Source of the DNA: Laetmonice hystrix
Lineage: Eukaryota
Direction: 5' to 3'
DNA length: 64,000 bases
Assembly: GCA_965235115.1 (NCBI GenBank)
Contig: OZ249436.1
Coordinates: 1,552,001 to 1,616,000 of the forward strand
Shown here: piece by piece, positions 13,886 to 25,119 of the stretch
How positions within the stretch are numbered: the first letter of the stretch is position 1
Layout of the letters: each line of letters begins with the position of its first letter
Translations under genes and position numbers: made by a program
Notes under the pieces: model-generated
What the model was told of the DNA's origin: nothing
Database searches by the model: none
The model's input: the letters and a program-made list of their open reading frames with translations, nothing else

Positions 13886-14956
13886 ATAGGCCTATTCTAG
13901 GGACCTCAGTGAGCAGCGGATTCATGTTAATAAATAACTAATGGGCCGTACACATCCGGCAGAAAATAATTATTTAAATAACATTTTTTTAAAAACCCGA
14001 ACCCACGGATAAATATATTTATAATTCATTCACTAGACTGAATTATGTTGTAGCGTCCCTAGCGGCTGACATCGCTCGTCGTCCCCACCGACAGTACTGC
14101 CCCCTACCGCCGCCTCCACTCAACATGGATCGTCCTCCGCCATCTTCCCGTCAGGGGGCGCACATGGTACAGGCCGTGCATAACAGCTGCATACTCCAGT
14201 AGAGGGAGCTAAACATCCGACTGGTCAACACCAGGCCGTCGGTGCTTCCATCTAGCGGCATTTCAACACACTACAGACCATCTACATGCGTTGGCCACTC
14301 TAGGCTACATACCGTACTTTCATGAAAACAGCCTATACATGTAATATGCTGCGGTCAAAATAACAACGTATTCTTCAATGCATATTTGTTTGTGTATGGA
14401 TACACAAGTATAACTAGTTTAGCACAATGCGGTACTAGATCTACGGGTAGAGGTTTCTATCTCCTGTGAGTGTGACCCAGTGTACTATATGGACCTATCG
14501 GCTATATAGGCCTAATTATGATCTTCATATTCATTAGCTATGGCTTCAAACCAAGTGGCGGATCCAGGATTTCACTAAAGGGGGGGGGGGGGCACAGGAA
14601 AACAGTTCATGATTGTTTGTATTACTAAAGCTCTTTTGTTGTATGTAGGACTTCTGTTTCATAAGTTACAACCATTTGCTTCACCCTGTCCACTCATGAT
14701 GTCCTAAGATGCACCAGTGTTTTAAATATGACAAAATTATTTAAAAATGAGTATATAACGAGGGGTCCGCCTATGATAGACCAATTATAATTTGTAGAGT
14801 TTGTACATACGGGACGAGTCTTGTATTTTGTAATGCTAAGTTTAGTGTAGAAGAGATATCCTATATAATATATATCCGACTGAGATACTTGTAGTTATCC
14901 TTTCTGTTATAATTCTTGTAATAGTTATTGGCATCGGATGTGCTTAAATTTTCGAA

Positions 14957-15519
14957 CGGAACCACCGCTTTGTAAGATATCCTGTAAATGTTCATCGTAT
15001 TGACGGAACCACCGCTTTGTAAGATATCTTGTAAATGTTCATCGTATTGATGGAACCACCGCTTTGTAAGATATCTTGTAAATGTTCATCGTATTGACAG
15101 AACCACCGCTTTGTAAGATATCTTGTAAATGTTCATCGTATTGACAGAACCACCGCTTTGTAAGATATCTTGTAAATGTTCATCGTATTGACGGAACCAC
15201 CGCTTTGTAAGATATCTTGTAAATGTTCATCGTATTGACGGAACCACCGCTTTGTAAGATATCTTGTAAATGTTTATCGTATTGACGGAACCACCGCTTT
15301 GTAAGATATCTTGTAAATGTTTATCGTATTGACGGAACCACCGCTTTGTAAGATATCTTGTAAATGTTTATCGTATTGACGGAACCACCGCTTTGTAAGA
15401 TATCTTGTAAATGTTTATCGTATTGACGGAACCACCGCTTTGTAAGATATCTTGTAAATGTTTATCGTATTGACGGAACCACCGCTTTGTGAGATATCTT
15501 GTAAATGTTTATCGTATTG
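14957..15519. repeat. 47-bp minisatellite x12 (CGGAACCACCGCTTTGTAAGATATCTTGTAAATGTTYATCGTATTGA)
   Basis: 47-bp spacing (14957 to 15004); GTTC variant on the left, GTTT on the right. Confidence 0.95.
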
Positions 15520-15716
15520 TGTACCCTATATCGTCGACGCACGTGTCAAAATAAAGTAGACCTTACGAGACCAGCACTGCACATCTATTAGGTTCACAAA
15601 TACACATACATGTTGTGATAGAAACTAAATATAACTTTTCATCGGTCTGTTCATTTTGGTCCCTAACACGGCCAGAGTTGTCGGACAGAAATTACATACC
15701 ATTGCATTTATAATAT

Positions 15717-16421
15717 CATGGAAGGTATCGATGAAAACCATGGAAGGTATCGTTTAGAACCATGGAAGGTAGCGATGGGAACCATGGAAGGTAGCGATGG
15801 GAACCATGGAAGGTAGCGATCGGAACCATGGAAGGTAGCGATGGGAACCATGGAAGGTAGCGATGGGAACCATGGAAGGTAGCGATCGGAACCATGGAAG
15901 GTAGCGATCGGAACCATGGAAGGTAGCGATGGGAACCATGGAAGGTAGCGATCGGAACCATGGAAGGTAGCGATCGGAACCATGCAAGGTAGCGATCGGA
16001 ACCATGGAAGGTAGCGATCGGAACCATGGAAGGTAGCGATCGGAACCATGCAAGGTAGCGATCGGAACCATGGAAGGTAGCGATCGGAACCATGGAAGGT
16101 AGCGATCGGAACCATGGAAGGTAGCGATCGGAACCATGGAAGGTAGCGATCGGAACCATGGAAGGTAGCGATCGGAACCATGGAAGGTAGCGATCGGAAC
16201 CATGGAAGGTAGCGATCGGAACCATGGAAGGTAGCGATCGGAACCATGGAAGGTAGCGATCGGAACCATGGAAGGTAGCGATCGGAACCATGGAAGGTAG
16301 CGATCGGAACCATGGAAGGTAGCGATCGGAACCATGGAAGGTAGCGATCGGAACCATGGAAGGTAGCGATCGGAACCATGGAAGGTAGCGATCGGAACCA
16401 TGGAAGGTAGCGATCAGAACC
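15717..16421. repeat. 22-bp minisatellite x~32 (CCATGGAAGGTAGCGATCGGAA)
   Basis: near-perfect tandem copies; explains the three repetitive minus-strand ORFs. Confidence 0.95.
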
Positions 16422-17166
16422 GTTTATTTTATCCGTCTTCTCTATAGGAAATTAAAGAAACTAACAATAGCTGCCTTTGTTGTTTGACCAGCTTTCACGG
16501 AGGATTCGGCAGTGGAGCCTGTTCATCGCACCTATATTAAAGTGAAAATCTCCTGTTTTAAAACATTTATTTATTCAATACCTTCGCAATGAGCGTCTCT
16601 TTGCATAATCTGAAAACAAGGTACTATTCACATTTCTAAGACGACACAATAATACTGATCAGCTTTATTCAGTTATAAAAATGGAGCGCTACATTTACTG
16701 TCCTTTTGACGCCAGAAATCTGGCGGACTACCAGTGGCGCCACCTGGACTAAGCAATAGCCATTCCAACGGGACAACACGTGTCCATAATAACGTCGTGA
16801 CAGCATCTTTACATGTAGAGTTTACCTGGCCTTGACCAGCCTTAACAAATTAAAACAATGAACACAATACGGCCAACCCTGGCCAGTTCTTCGTCGACTG
16901 CATCAAATATGGAACAATTCTACCAGAGTTCCACTTGATGATACAAAATACAGTTTCACTCTGTGTGGAATGGTGCTGTTCTCCATTCCCTGTCTCCGTC
17001 ATACGACAGGCAGGCTGTCAGCAGGTATAAAAATAATTTATATATGATCAGGTCCAGCCACTGGCCAGGGGCCTATCCAATGAGATAACACCTCATTTGA
17101 AAGACTTAAAAGTCAATTGTATCTCCTTACTAATGTAGTGCTTACATCACATCTGCCTGCCTCTAA

Positions 17167-17476
17167 TAAAAAGTCTTTCCACTGTTCAGGCAAGGTACGG
17201 TAGCAGTTCCACTATCGTACCAGTACCTTCTGTCCTTGGAATTCTCAAACATGAGATACCATACCACAACAAAAAGTCTTTCCACTGTTCAGGCAAGGCA
17301 CGGTAGCAGTTCCACTATCGTACCAGTACCTTCTGTCCTTGGAATTCTCAAACATGAGATACCATACCACAATAAAAAGTCTTTCCACTGTTCAGGCAAG
17401 GCACCTCTGCCTACCTGAGGTAGCGTTTCCGCTATCGTACCAGTACCTTCTGTCCTTGGAATTCTCAAACATGAGA
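17167..17476. repeat. ~105-bp tandem repeat x~3 in the presumptive SNUPN 3' UTR
   Basis: AAAAAGTCTTTCCACTGTTCAGGCAAGG...CCAGTACCTTCTGTCCTTGGAATTCTCAAACATGAGA recurs. Confidence 0.85.
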
Positions 17477-17624
17477 AATGAATATGTCTAAATCATTATT
17501 TTTGGAAAGGAATTATACAACAAAAGGCAGAACTTGTAGGAAATTAAAAAGATCACTGGAGTGCAGAGTGCATGGCAATTAAAACAAAAGACGTAGCTCT
17601 TTGCGACACATACCATCAGGTTTA

Positions 17625-20600
17625 TCACGGCGATGTCTCATTTGGTCCTTCAGCTGTCGTGATATCAACCACCTCCATTGTATCTGACGCTCGACATCTT
17701 TGTTTCTGCTTTCGGCGACCCCTTCTCCCAGATAATGACACCTCCATCGCTTCATTCTGTTCTGACATTTCACACATGTCCCCACCTTGAGGGCTGCGGC
17801 CTTGACCTCTACGACCTCGCCCTCGGCCCCGACCCCGATAACCCCGATAGTATCCACTTCCACGAGGCGGGGTAAGCACGTGATAATTACTCGTGTAAAG
17901 TCCATCGTTTCCTTTTGATGTCCCTTCAGTGCTCTGAGCGTCATTAATACTGCGACCTTGACCTCTTCCACGACCTCTTCGACCTGAAAAGCGCCCTCTA
18001 TTGGCCAAATGCTGTTGCTTTTCTGACCTTTCCTTGTCAGCAGTCACTCTGTCTACATGGACCGAGAAACACACGTAATCCGATGGTTTCTGTTCAAGGA
18101 AGAAATCTGGCACAATGACTCCGAGGATCTCTGGTAACATGTAGGGTTTCAACCATAGAACGAGTGGTGTTGGTCCGAACATGTAGTGGGTTTTCTTGTG
18201 ATAGAATAACAAGCCATCAAGCTGAAACAGAAATCATACAGGACATCTATAATATCTTGTGTTTTGGCACTTGTAAGGTACAGAACGTTTTTCAATCAAT
18301 TGAGAAATCATATTTCTGCCTAAAGCCGACTACTACAGTTCACATAAACAGAAGGCTTGAAGAGGCCACGCAAAAATACTGCGAGTACGGGTGTTTCTAC
18401 ATTTTTACTTAAAATTCACAAATATCTGCAGTGTTTAAACACTGGCATATTTTGAATTTTCCATGCCTTATGTAGATTGCACAACAATAACTTTAACTTT
18501 AGTTGTTCTTACTTCGGTGTTCATCGGTGTTGCCATGACATTTGTCAAGTTTTCCTTGGTACAGGCAAAGTTTGGAAGCCCAATCATCTTGTACTGAGGA
18601 GAGATAAATGACAATCTTTCACCATACATTTTACCGTCATTACTAGAGCCAGTAATTAGTCTGTGGCTTTTAAGTATTCAAAATAATACTGACTACACAT
18701 GTGGCCTCAAGTTCTGTAACGACGACAATGAGGAATGTAACACATTGTACACATAACGACGACAATAAGGAATGTGACACATTGTACACATAACGACGAC
18801 AATAAGGAATGTGACACATTGTACACATAATGACGACAATGAGGAATGTGACATATTGTACACATAATGACGACAATGAGGAATGTAACACATTGTACAC
18901 ATAATGACGACAATGAGGAATGTGACACACATAACGACGACAATGAGGAATGTGACACACATAACGACGACATAGTCTGTGGCTTTTAAGTATTCAAAAT
19001 AATACTGACTACACATGTGGCCTCAAGTTCTGTAACGACGACAATGAGGAATGTAACACATTGTACACATAACGACGACAATGAGGAATGTAACACATTG
19101 TACACATAACGACGACAATGAGGAATGTAACACATTGTACACATAACGACGACAATGAGGAATGTAACACATTGTACACATAACGACGACAATGAGGAAT
19201 GTAACACATTTTTTGGTACATGATTTTTAGAAACATCACCAAACCTTGTTCTGTCCTCCGACAGTACACACTTCTGGCGTCTCATCAAACTTTGCTTTCA
19301 GCCAGTACAATCGAAATTCTGTCTGGAAAACAAATACATATTCTCTGTGATAATGGAAAATCAGAACTCGGAAAATACTATCCCAAAAAGCACATAATTA
19401 TAATAAAAAATTACATTAAAATATTTGATAAAATCAATTACCGGTATTACCCCTCATTATGACATTTCTCGACAGAGAAAGGCATTTTATACATGCCCGT
19501 ACACCCTCAACTCCACACAAAGTTCTAGTTCTCACCTCACTGTCATAGATTGGGTGCCCTCGCCAGCACATGATGTCTAAGATATAATAAGTCCGTTCAA
19601 GTTCCACAAATATTCCGTCAAGGATTGTGTGATCACTGCGGCTTGCAGTGCTGCCCCCTGGTAGGCATGACTGGAAGCGATTCACCTGGATGCCTGACTT
19701 GGAATATACTGTCGTGACGCCCTGAAATAAGATAAACTCACTTCAGAGTTTTTAAGGTAGAAATTTTTCTCTGGTCAAGATTAATTCATGTCCTTACACA
19801 TACCTTCATAGAGGGGGCATTTTATTATATCTTTATTACAAATGAACATGATGATCAAGATCCTTCAGCATACAGACTTACTTGACACTTACTCAAACAA
19901 AAATTCAATAACCGACAGGGCCTTAAAAAATAATTAAATAGGTTTCAGTAAAGTACTTGAAGGTACAAAGGAAATGATGGTTAGATTGTGCCTTATGCAT
20001 GAATGAAACCCACCTTGGAGGCTATGATGAGTGACCTGCGGCCAACTGGACATGGAACCATCACCCAACTCTCTTCAAAGTCCTCAGGTTTCTCAACTAA
20101 CCACTCCGACAGCATCAGCTGAAACATCAAACATTCATATTCTTGTTAAACACCAAACATTGACATTCAGTTCAACACCAAACATTCATATTCTCATTAA
20201 ACACCAAACATTCTCGTTAAACACCAAACATTCATATTCTCGTTAAACACCAAACATTCATATTCTCGTTAAACACCAAACATTCATATTCTCGTTAAAC
20301 ACCACCAAACATTCATATTTTTGTTAAACACCAAACATTCATATTCTCATTAAACACCAAACATTCATATTCTCGTTAAACACCACCAAACATTCATATT
20401 TTTGTTAAACACCATACATTCATATTCTCATTAAACACCAAACATTCATATTCTCGTTAAACACCAAACATTCATATTCTCGTTAAACACCAAACATTCA
20501 AAGTCTCACTAGTTCCAACACGCACACTTTTACAACTGCTTCCATTCTGAAGAAATTTGTCACTGATGTTGATTAAAGTTATTTTCTAATTCTCATATTG

Positions 20601-21354
20601 AAATAACTTGTTTTACCCCTAGTCAGACCTCGTTCATTCGAATAGCTTGGTGCCCATTAAAATGTGTTCGCATTGTGAAACATACGGATTACTGAATCAT
20701 TTTAAATAGAAAATGGTAGAAGAGGTTACGGCAAAGTGTTTGGATTGTGAAGTACCGTATACAGAAGAGCACAGATTAACGAGGTCTGACATAAAATTCA
20801 TGAATCTATAGTTCTTTTTACCAACAAACCTTACATAAATAGTTCAGAAATTAAAATTGGTTTCCAGGCAATGATAAACGTACATTTGAGTTTGTGACTG
20901 CTGCCTTACCTGGTTCCTGTAGTATCTACCCGGAGGTTTCCATGGCACCTCTGTGTCCATATCCTCCTCATTCTTTTCTTTGTCATTCTCCTTCGCATCT
21001 TCCCACTGGTCCTCAGCCAAGCGCCTTGTTAGGTTCAAGTAGTCAAATCTATTCCTGTCCAATGAAACATGAACAGGTTATTTATTGTCATGAGTTCACA
21101 ATAACGCATACTCTTGGTTTTCAGCTGAGAAATTGTAATGGCTTGTTTGGAACCTCAGTGTCAGGTACGTGTATTTTCTTTCTTGATGTAACTTACCTCT
21201 TCTGTCTCTCCAGCAACCTCTGCCTCCTCACCCTCTGGTCAGTGAAGCCTGGCCGTTTCTTGTAGTCACTGAAGCGCGGGTGGGGTGCTGCAGGATTGTT
21301 GGGGTGTGACGTCACTTGGAAACTTGTTGCCAGACTATCAGCCAGATCATCCAT
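17625..21354 (-). CDS. SNUPN: snurportin-1 (m3G-cap-binding snRNP import adaptor), 7 coding exons, 449 aa
   Basis: Exons with GT-AG sites and consistent phase: 21354-21197, 21054-20910, 20118-20014, 19721-19536, 19322-19245, 18593-18513, 18221-17625. Translation [54 protein letters not shown] (IBB-like), [82 protein letters not shown] matches snurportin-1 motifs I recognise. Confidence 0.96.
18657..19210. repeat. 37-bp intronic minisatellite (ACATAACGACGACAATGAGGAATGTAACACATTGTAC) inside a ~316-bp block duplication, SNUPN intron
   Basis: TAGTCTGTGGCTTTTAAGTATTC... occurs at 18657 and 18973, each followed by repeat units. Confidence 0.9.
20122..20500. repeat. 26-bp intronic minisatellite (AAACACCAAACATTCATATTCTCGTT) abutting a SNUPN splice acceptor
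   Basis: about 14 tandem copies. Confidence 0.9.
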
Positions 21355-21479
21355 GATAGCGGCGGCACTCTAAACGTTCTCCTGTACCAGCATCAAAACT
21401 GTTCCCAGCTCCGTCAACATTTCAAGATTCACAAAACTTTTAATGCAACGGCATTACATTGTTGATTGTACTTACTAAC

Positions 21480-21685
21480 TTAGTCTTAGGACTCTAGTTA
21501 CCTCTAAACTCTAGTCTTAGGACTCGTTACCTCTAAACTCTAGTCTTAGGACTCTAGTTACCTCTAAACTCTAGTCTTAGGACTCTAGTTACCTCTAAAC
21601 TCTAGTCTTAGGACTCTAGTTACCTCTAAACTCTAGTCTTAGGACTCTTAGAGGTAGTTAGACTGAAGACTAAGTTAACTTAGAG
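21480..21685. repeat. 31-bp minisatellite (TAGTCTTAGGACTCTAGTTACCTCTAAACTC) x~5.5 with a partially inverted tail
   Basis: tandem copies followed by TAGAGGTAGTTAGACTGAAGACTAAG. Confidence 0.85.
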
Positions 21686-22244
21686 GAGGAAAATCAAAAC
21701 CAGGCCTAAATCTAAATTTGTTGAAACCCCTGATCTGTCCCTATTCCCTAATACCACTTACTATCTCTGCTGGTAATGTCTAATAAATGTGGCATGGCCA
21801 TGGTATTCCCGTAAATGTCCTTATTATCGCCCATCTGTTTTCGTATGCCTCATGATCATCATGTTATGTCACTGTAGTGTTTAATATAGACGTGCTAAAT
21901 TTGTACCTACTAGATTGTGACAGGGTCCATAGATCTATATTTCGTTGCTTTATTCTGACACGCACCAAAAACTCCACAAACCACGACCTCTCAAACACCG
22001 CCCAGCTCTCCTCCAAACCCTCACTTTCTTTGGCACTTCCACCGAGAACAATACCCGGCAGAGGGCGTCAGCAACCTGCCGTCCAGCACTTGTGGTTCCC
22101 ATTCACTCCACTTGGTGTCAGCACTGATGCGTGAAGTCGTCTCGCTATGCCATCTGGCTAAATATTGCATTTTTATAGTTTTGTATTGATTAATAAAATT
22201 TAATATTTTATCCAGGAATTCTTTTATTTCCAATAAAGATTTGG

Positions 22245-22300
22245 CCAGGGTAAAATGGACCCGGTGGGGGTAAAATGGACCCCAGGGTCCATTTTACCCA
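22245..22300. repeat. inverted repeat GGGTAAAATGGACCC / GGGTCCATTTTACCC, probable transposon remnant
   Basis: two direct copies plus one inverted copy of a 15-bp motif. Confidence 0.6.
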
Positions 22301-22384
22301 GGCTATAGGCCTACGCCGTGGCCATAACGTTAGGCATAGAGTATAGATTTTGACCCCTGGGGTCAGATTTTGAATTTGCCTTCT

Positions 22385-22800
22385 TTCAAAGTTCTCAAAC
22401 ATGGATGCAGGGTGACCCGACAAGGAGAGAGGTCTGTTTGTAGCCACCTAATTGCTGAATCAAGCACATTAGGGATCTTATTTTTGCTCTTAGGGTTTTG
22501 CTAAACCTTTGATCTCATCTTTTGTTTCAGAAGTTCTCATGGATGCAGGGTGGCTGGAAATGTGTTTTCAGCCACCCCGAGGTTCTGACCGCTGGTGAAT
22601 GAAGCACGGTAGAGATCTTCTTATGGCTTTCGTGTTTTTGCCAACAGTTTCATCGCATCTTTTGTTTTAGATAGGCCTAGCTATTTCAAGTTCTCAAACA
22701 TGGATGCAGGGTGACCCGGAGAAGGGGAGAGCTACGCCTAGGTCTGTTTGCAGCCACCCCGAGGTTCTGACTGCTGGTGAATCAAGCACGGTAGGGATTA
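22385..22800. repeat. degenerate ~150-bp triplication (AAGTTCTC..ATGGATGCAGGGTG..GCCACCCCGAGG..AATCAAGCACG), with a fourth copy at ~24120-24250
   Basis: shared motifs at ~22390, ~22530, ~22690 and ~24150. Confidence 0.7.
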
Positions 22801-24361
22801 CTCCAACAAGCCAGAGTCTGATATCTGATATGTAGTCTGTATCAGACTCTGGCAGTTGAATCGAAAAAGCGCGTGGCAACCGCATTGAACGTTCGAGTGA
22901 CCGGGGTTCGGGTCATTCGGCGACTGATAACTTCCTTTTGGGATCACTCTGGGTGGTAAAACTTGCCAAGTAGATACAAAAGATATTAATGTAGGATTCA
23001 CGGTGATGTGTTGTGTTGTGATCTTTATAAAGCATACTTTTGTGCACGGTTTTGCCTGTTCTCTTTGCACACACAACCGTCGAACGGAAGTAGGCCTATA
23101 GCCATGTTGGATTGACCGATTGGTCATGAACATATGAATTGTTATGTGGCCGCCAGGCGGAACGAACCACGCAGATTCCCAGCCAGCGTGGTGCTGTTCA
23201 CTTCCCATTGCGATTCCACTTTTACCAGAAACATGCCCATGACGTCACCGCTAGCCAAATTCGAATCAAGATGGCGACAGATTCATCGACGATTTCAGAG
23301 AGGGTTGCAAACGACAGCCGCACACGAACTCAGTATTAATCAACATACCCCAATAATGGTGTGAAGAGAGAGAAAAAGGTGTCTGCTGTCACCGGTAGAG
23401 TCAGTTTGTGTAATGAGTCAGTCGTAGTGAGTGAGTGAAGCCGGTGAAGTTTGCCACGGGGGTAGGCGTGGCAAGGTGCCACTGGATTTGAAAGCTTAAC
23501 TCCTAGACCCTGTTGACAACAAACTAGCAGAAACAGGGTCTAGGTTCCTGGACTAGGTAGGGATTAGCCTACGTAGTAGATCTAAGCCTTGCGCCGAGCC
23601 AGCAAGGCTTACAGACAGTCGAATTAAATTCCTGGTGGGTCACACCACACCCAGGCCAGACCACCACCGCTTGCACTGATCAACTCACCGGCATCCATTT
23701 ATCTCGACAGTAGGTGTGTGGGGTCCTGAAGCAGTGTTTTTAATAGTACAACGTCAAATTCATGTCTAGATCACCCGTTTAACGGCGTTTTACCGGCCGC
23801 CATGTTGCCTTTGATATCCCAGCACGCATCTCTCCGACGGTCAACGAGCATTGAAATTTCTCGGTTCGAGAGATGTGACTGTCTTTATTGTGTCGCATCG
23901 TGCTTTTCCAGCTTGCAGATATGAGAGATAAGTTATTTTGAGTTTATTTATCAATATTTCATCAACATAGGCTATAGAGACAAGGGAGGGCTTTTCATGG
24001 AAAACAGAGGATTTGTCCGGGTAGGCCTACGCTCGGAAATTCTGAATGGCGACCTTCGGCTCTGTACAGAGCACAGAGCCGAATTCTTTGGCTAGGTAGG
24101 GATCAACTTATTGCTCTAATGTTTTTGCCAAACCTTTGACCTTTGTTTCAGAAGTTCTCATGGATGGAGGGTGCCCGGAAGTAGACTCTATGTATATGCA
24201 GCCACCCCGAGGATCTGATTGCTGCTCAATCAAGCACGTAGAGATCTTCTTATTGCTGTAATGTTGCAACAATGCGGTGGAAAAGGACTGGAAGCTGGTC
24301 AAGAGTAGAAAGTGGACAGATAGATGTATGCATTGATAAACAGCTATAGATTCTAAGCATC

Positions 24362-24701
24362 TAGGCGTAGGAAGCTCTTTTTGGTTGGGGGGGGGGGGCT
24401 GAAGGTTGGGGGGGGGGGATAATCTATGGCCACTGAGGCGGGCCCTGGAGGGGGATCTGGGGGCCCTCCCCCAGAAATTTTGTTTCAGGAATGCAAAAAT
24501 CGGAGCAAAAATCTCTCAAATCTATCAACAAAATTCCAACATTTTTATGCGTGATACATAGAAAATCGGCATGAAACCCACCTCGACCAAGAAAGCACCC
24601 AAATGTTGGGAGGGGGGCTGAAACACACTCCAGCCCCCCCCCCCCACTTTTGATATTGGAAGGGGGGCTGAGGCCCCCCTGCCCCCCGGTTCCTACGCCT
24701 A
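24362..24701. mobile_element. MITE with TIRs TAGGCGTAGGAA / TTCCTACGCCTA at the left edge of the gene array
   Basis: 12-bp TIRs, poly-G/poly-C subtermini; interrupts array-derived spacer sequence. Confidence 0.7.
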
Positions 24702-24752
24702 TGATAAGGATTGAGAGACACAACGGGTATCGAATCTCTTGAGACAGAGTGT

Positions 24753-24768
24753 GGCCCTGACAAGGGCC
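24753..24768 (-). terminator. histone-type 3' stem-loop GGCCCT-TGTC-AGGGCC plus downstream CAAGAGA (HDE-like, 24735-24741)
   Basis: 6-bp stem/4-nt loop, ACGG 5' flank, ACAC 3' flank, 30 nt after the stop. Confidence 0.75.
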
Positions 24769-24798
24769 GTGTAGGTTTGTGTGAGAGAATGGTTCTCT

Positions 24799-25119
24799 TC
24801 ACTGGTGCTGGTCGTCCTCATCCTCGCACACCTCCTCCCAGTCGATCTGAAACTCCTCCATGAGGCGGTCCTGCATATCGTCTAGGAGGTCGGCACGGCT
24901 GTTGGCGTACTCCCAGAACATGTTCCTCACTCCCTCCAGGGTGACCAGACGGAGCCGGTTGTGGTAGCGGAAGGAGCGGCGGTTCTTGCGGACGGCACGT
25001 TCGTGTTTGGTCTTCATTTCCTTGATACGTTTGTTGAGGAGATTGATTTGCTGACAGGCCACCTGGAACTTGCGGTCCATCTGGCGCATCTCAGAGATGA
25101 GTTTATCAACTGGAGCCAT
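24799..25119 (-). CDS. intronless 106-aa helical/coiled-coil protein, copy 1 (type B, MAPVDK)
   Basis: ATG in ACAGTCATGG context, TATAAAA ~85 bp upstream, ORF conserved across 12 copies. Confidence 0.85.
   Translation of the reverse strand: MAPVDKLISEMRQMDRKFQVACQQINLLNKRIKEMKTKHERAVRKNRRSFRYHNRLRLVTLEGVRNMFWEYANSRADLLDDMQDRLMEEFQIDWEEVCEDEDDQHQ

Noticed and set aside
14957..15519. CRISPR-like regular repeats (also 1759-6490, 8687-8872, 18700-19210)
   Set aside because: Head-to-tail repeats with no unique spacers, no cas genes, eukaryotic context.
15708..16401. Three ~220-aa ORFs with MVPIATFHGSDRYLPWFRSLPS repeats
   Set aside because: Artefact of a stop-free 22-bp minisatellite.
24799..25119. 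Calling the stem-loop genes histones or histone variants
   Set aside because: No histone-fold motifs, no Lys/Ala-rich tail, and an acidic aromatic C-terminus.
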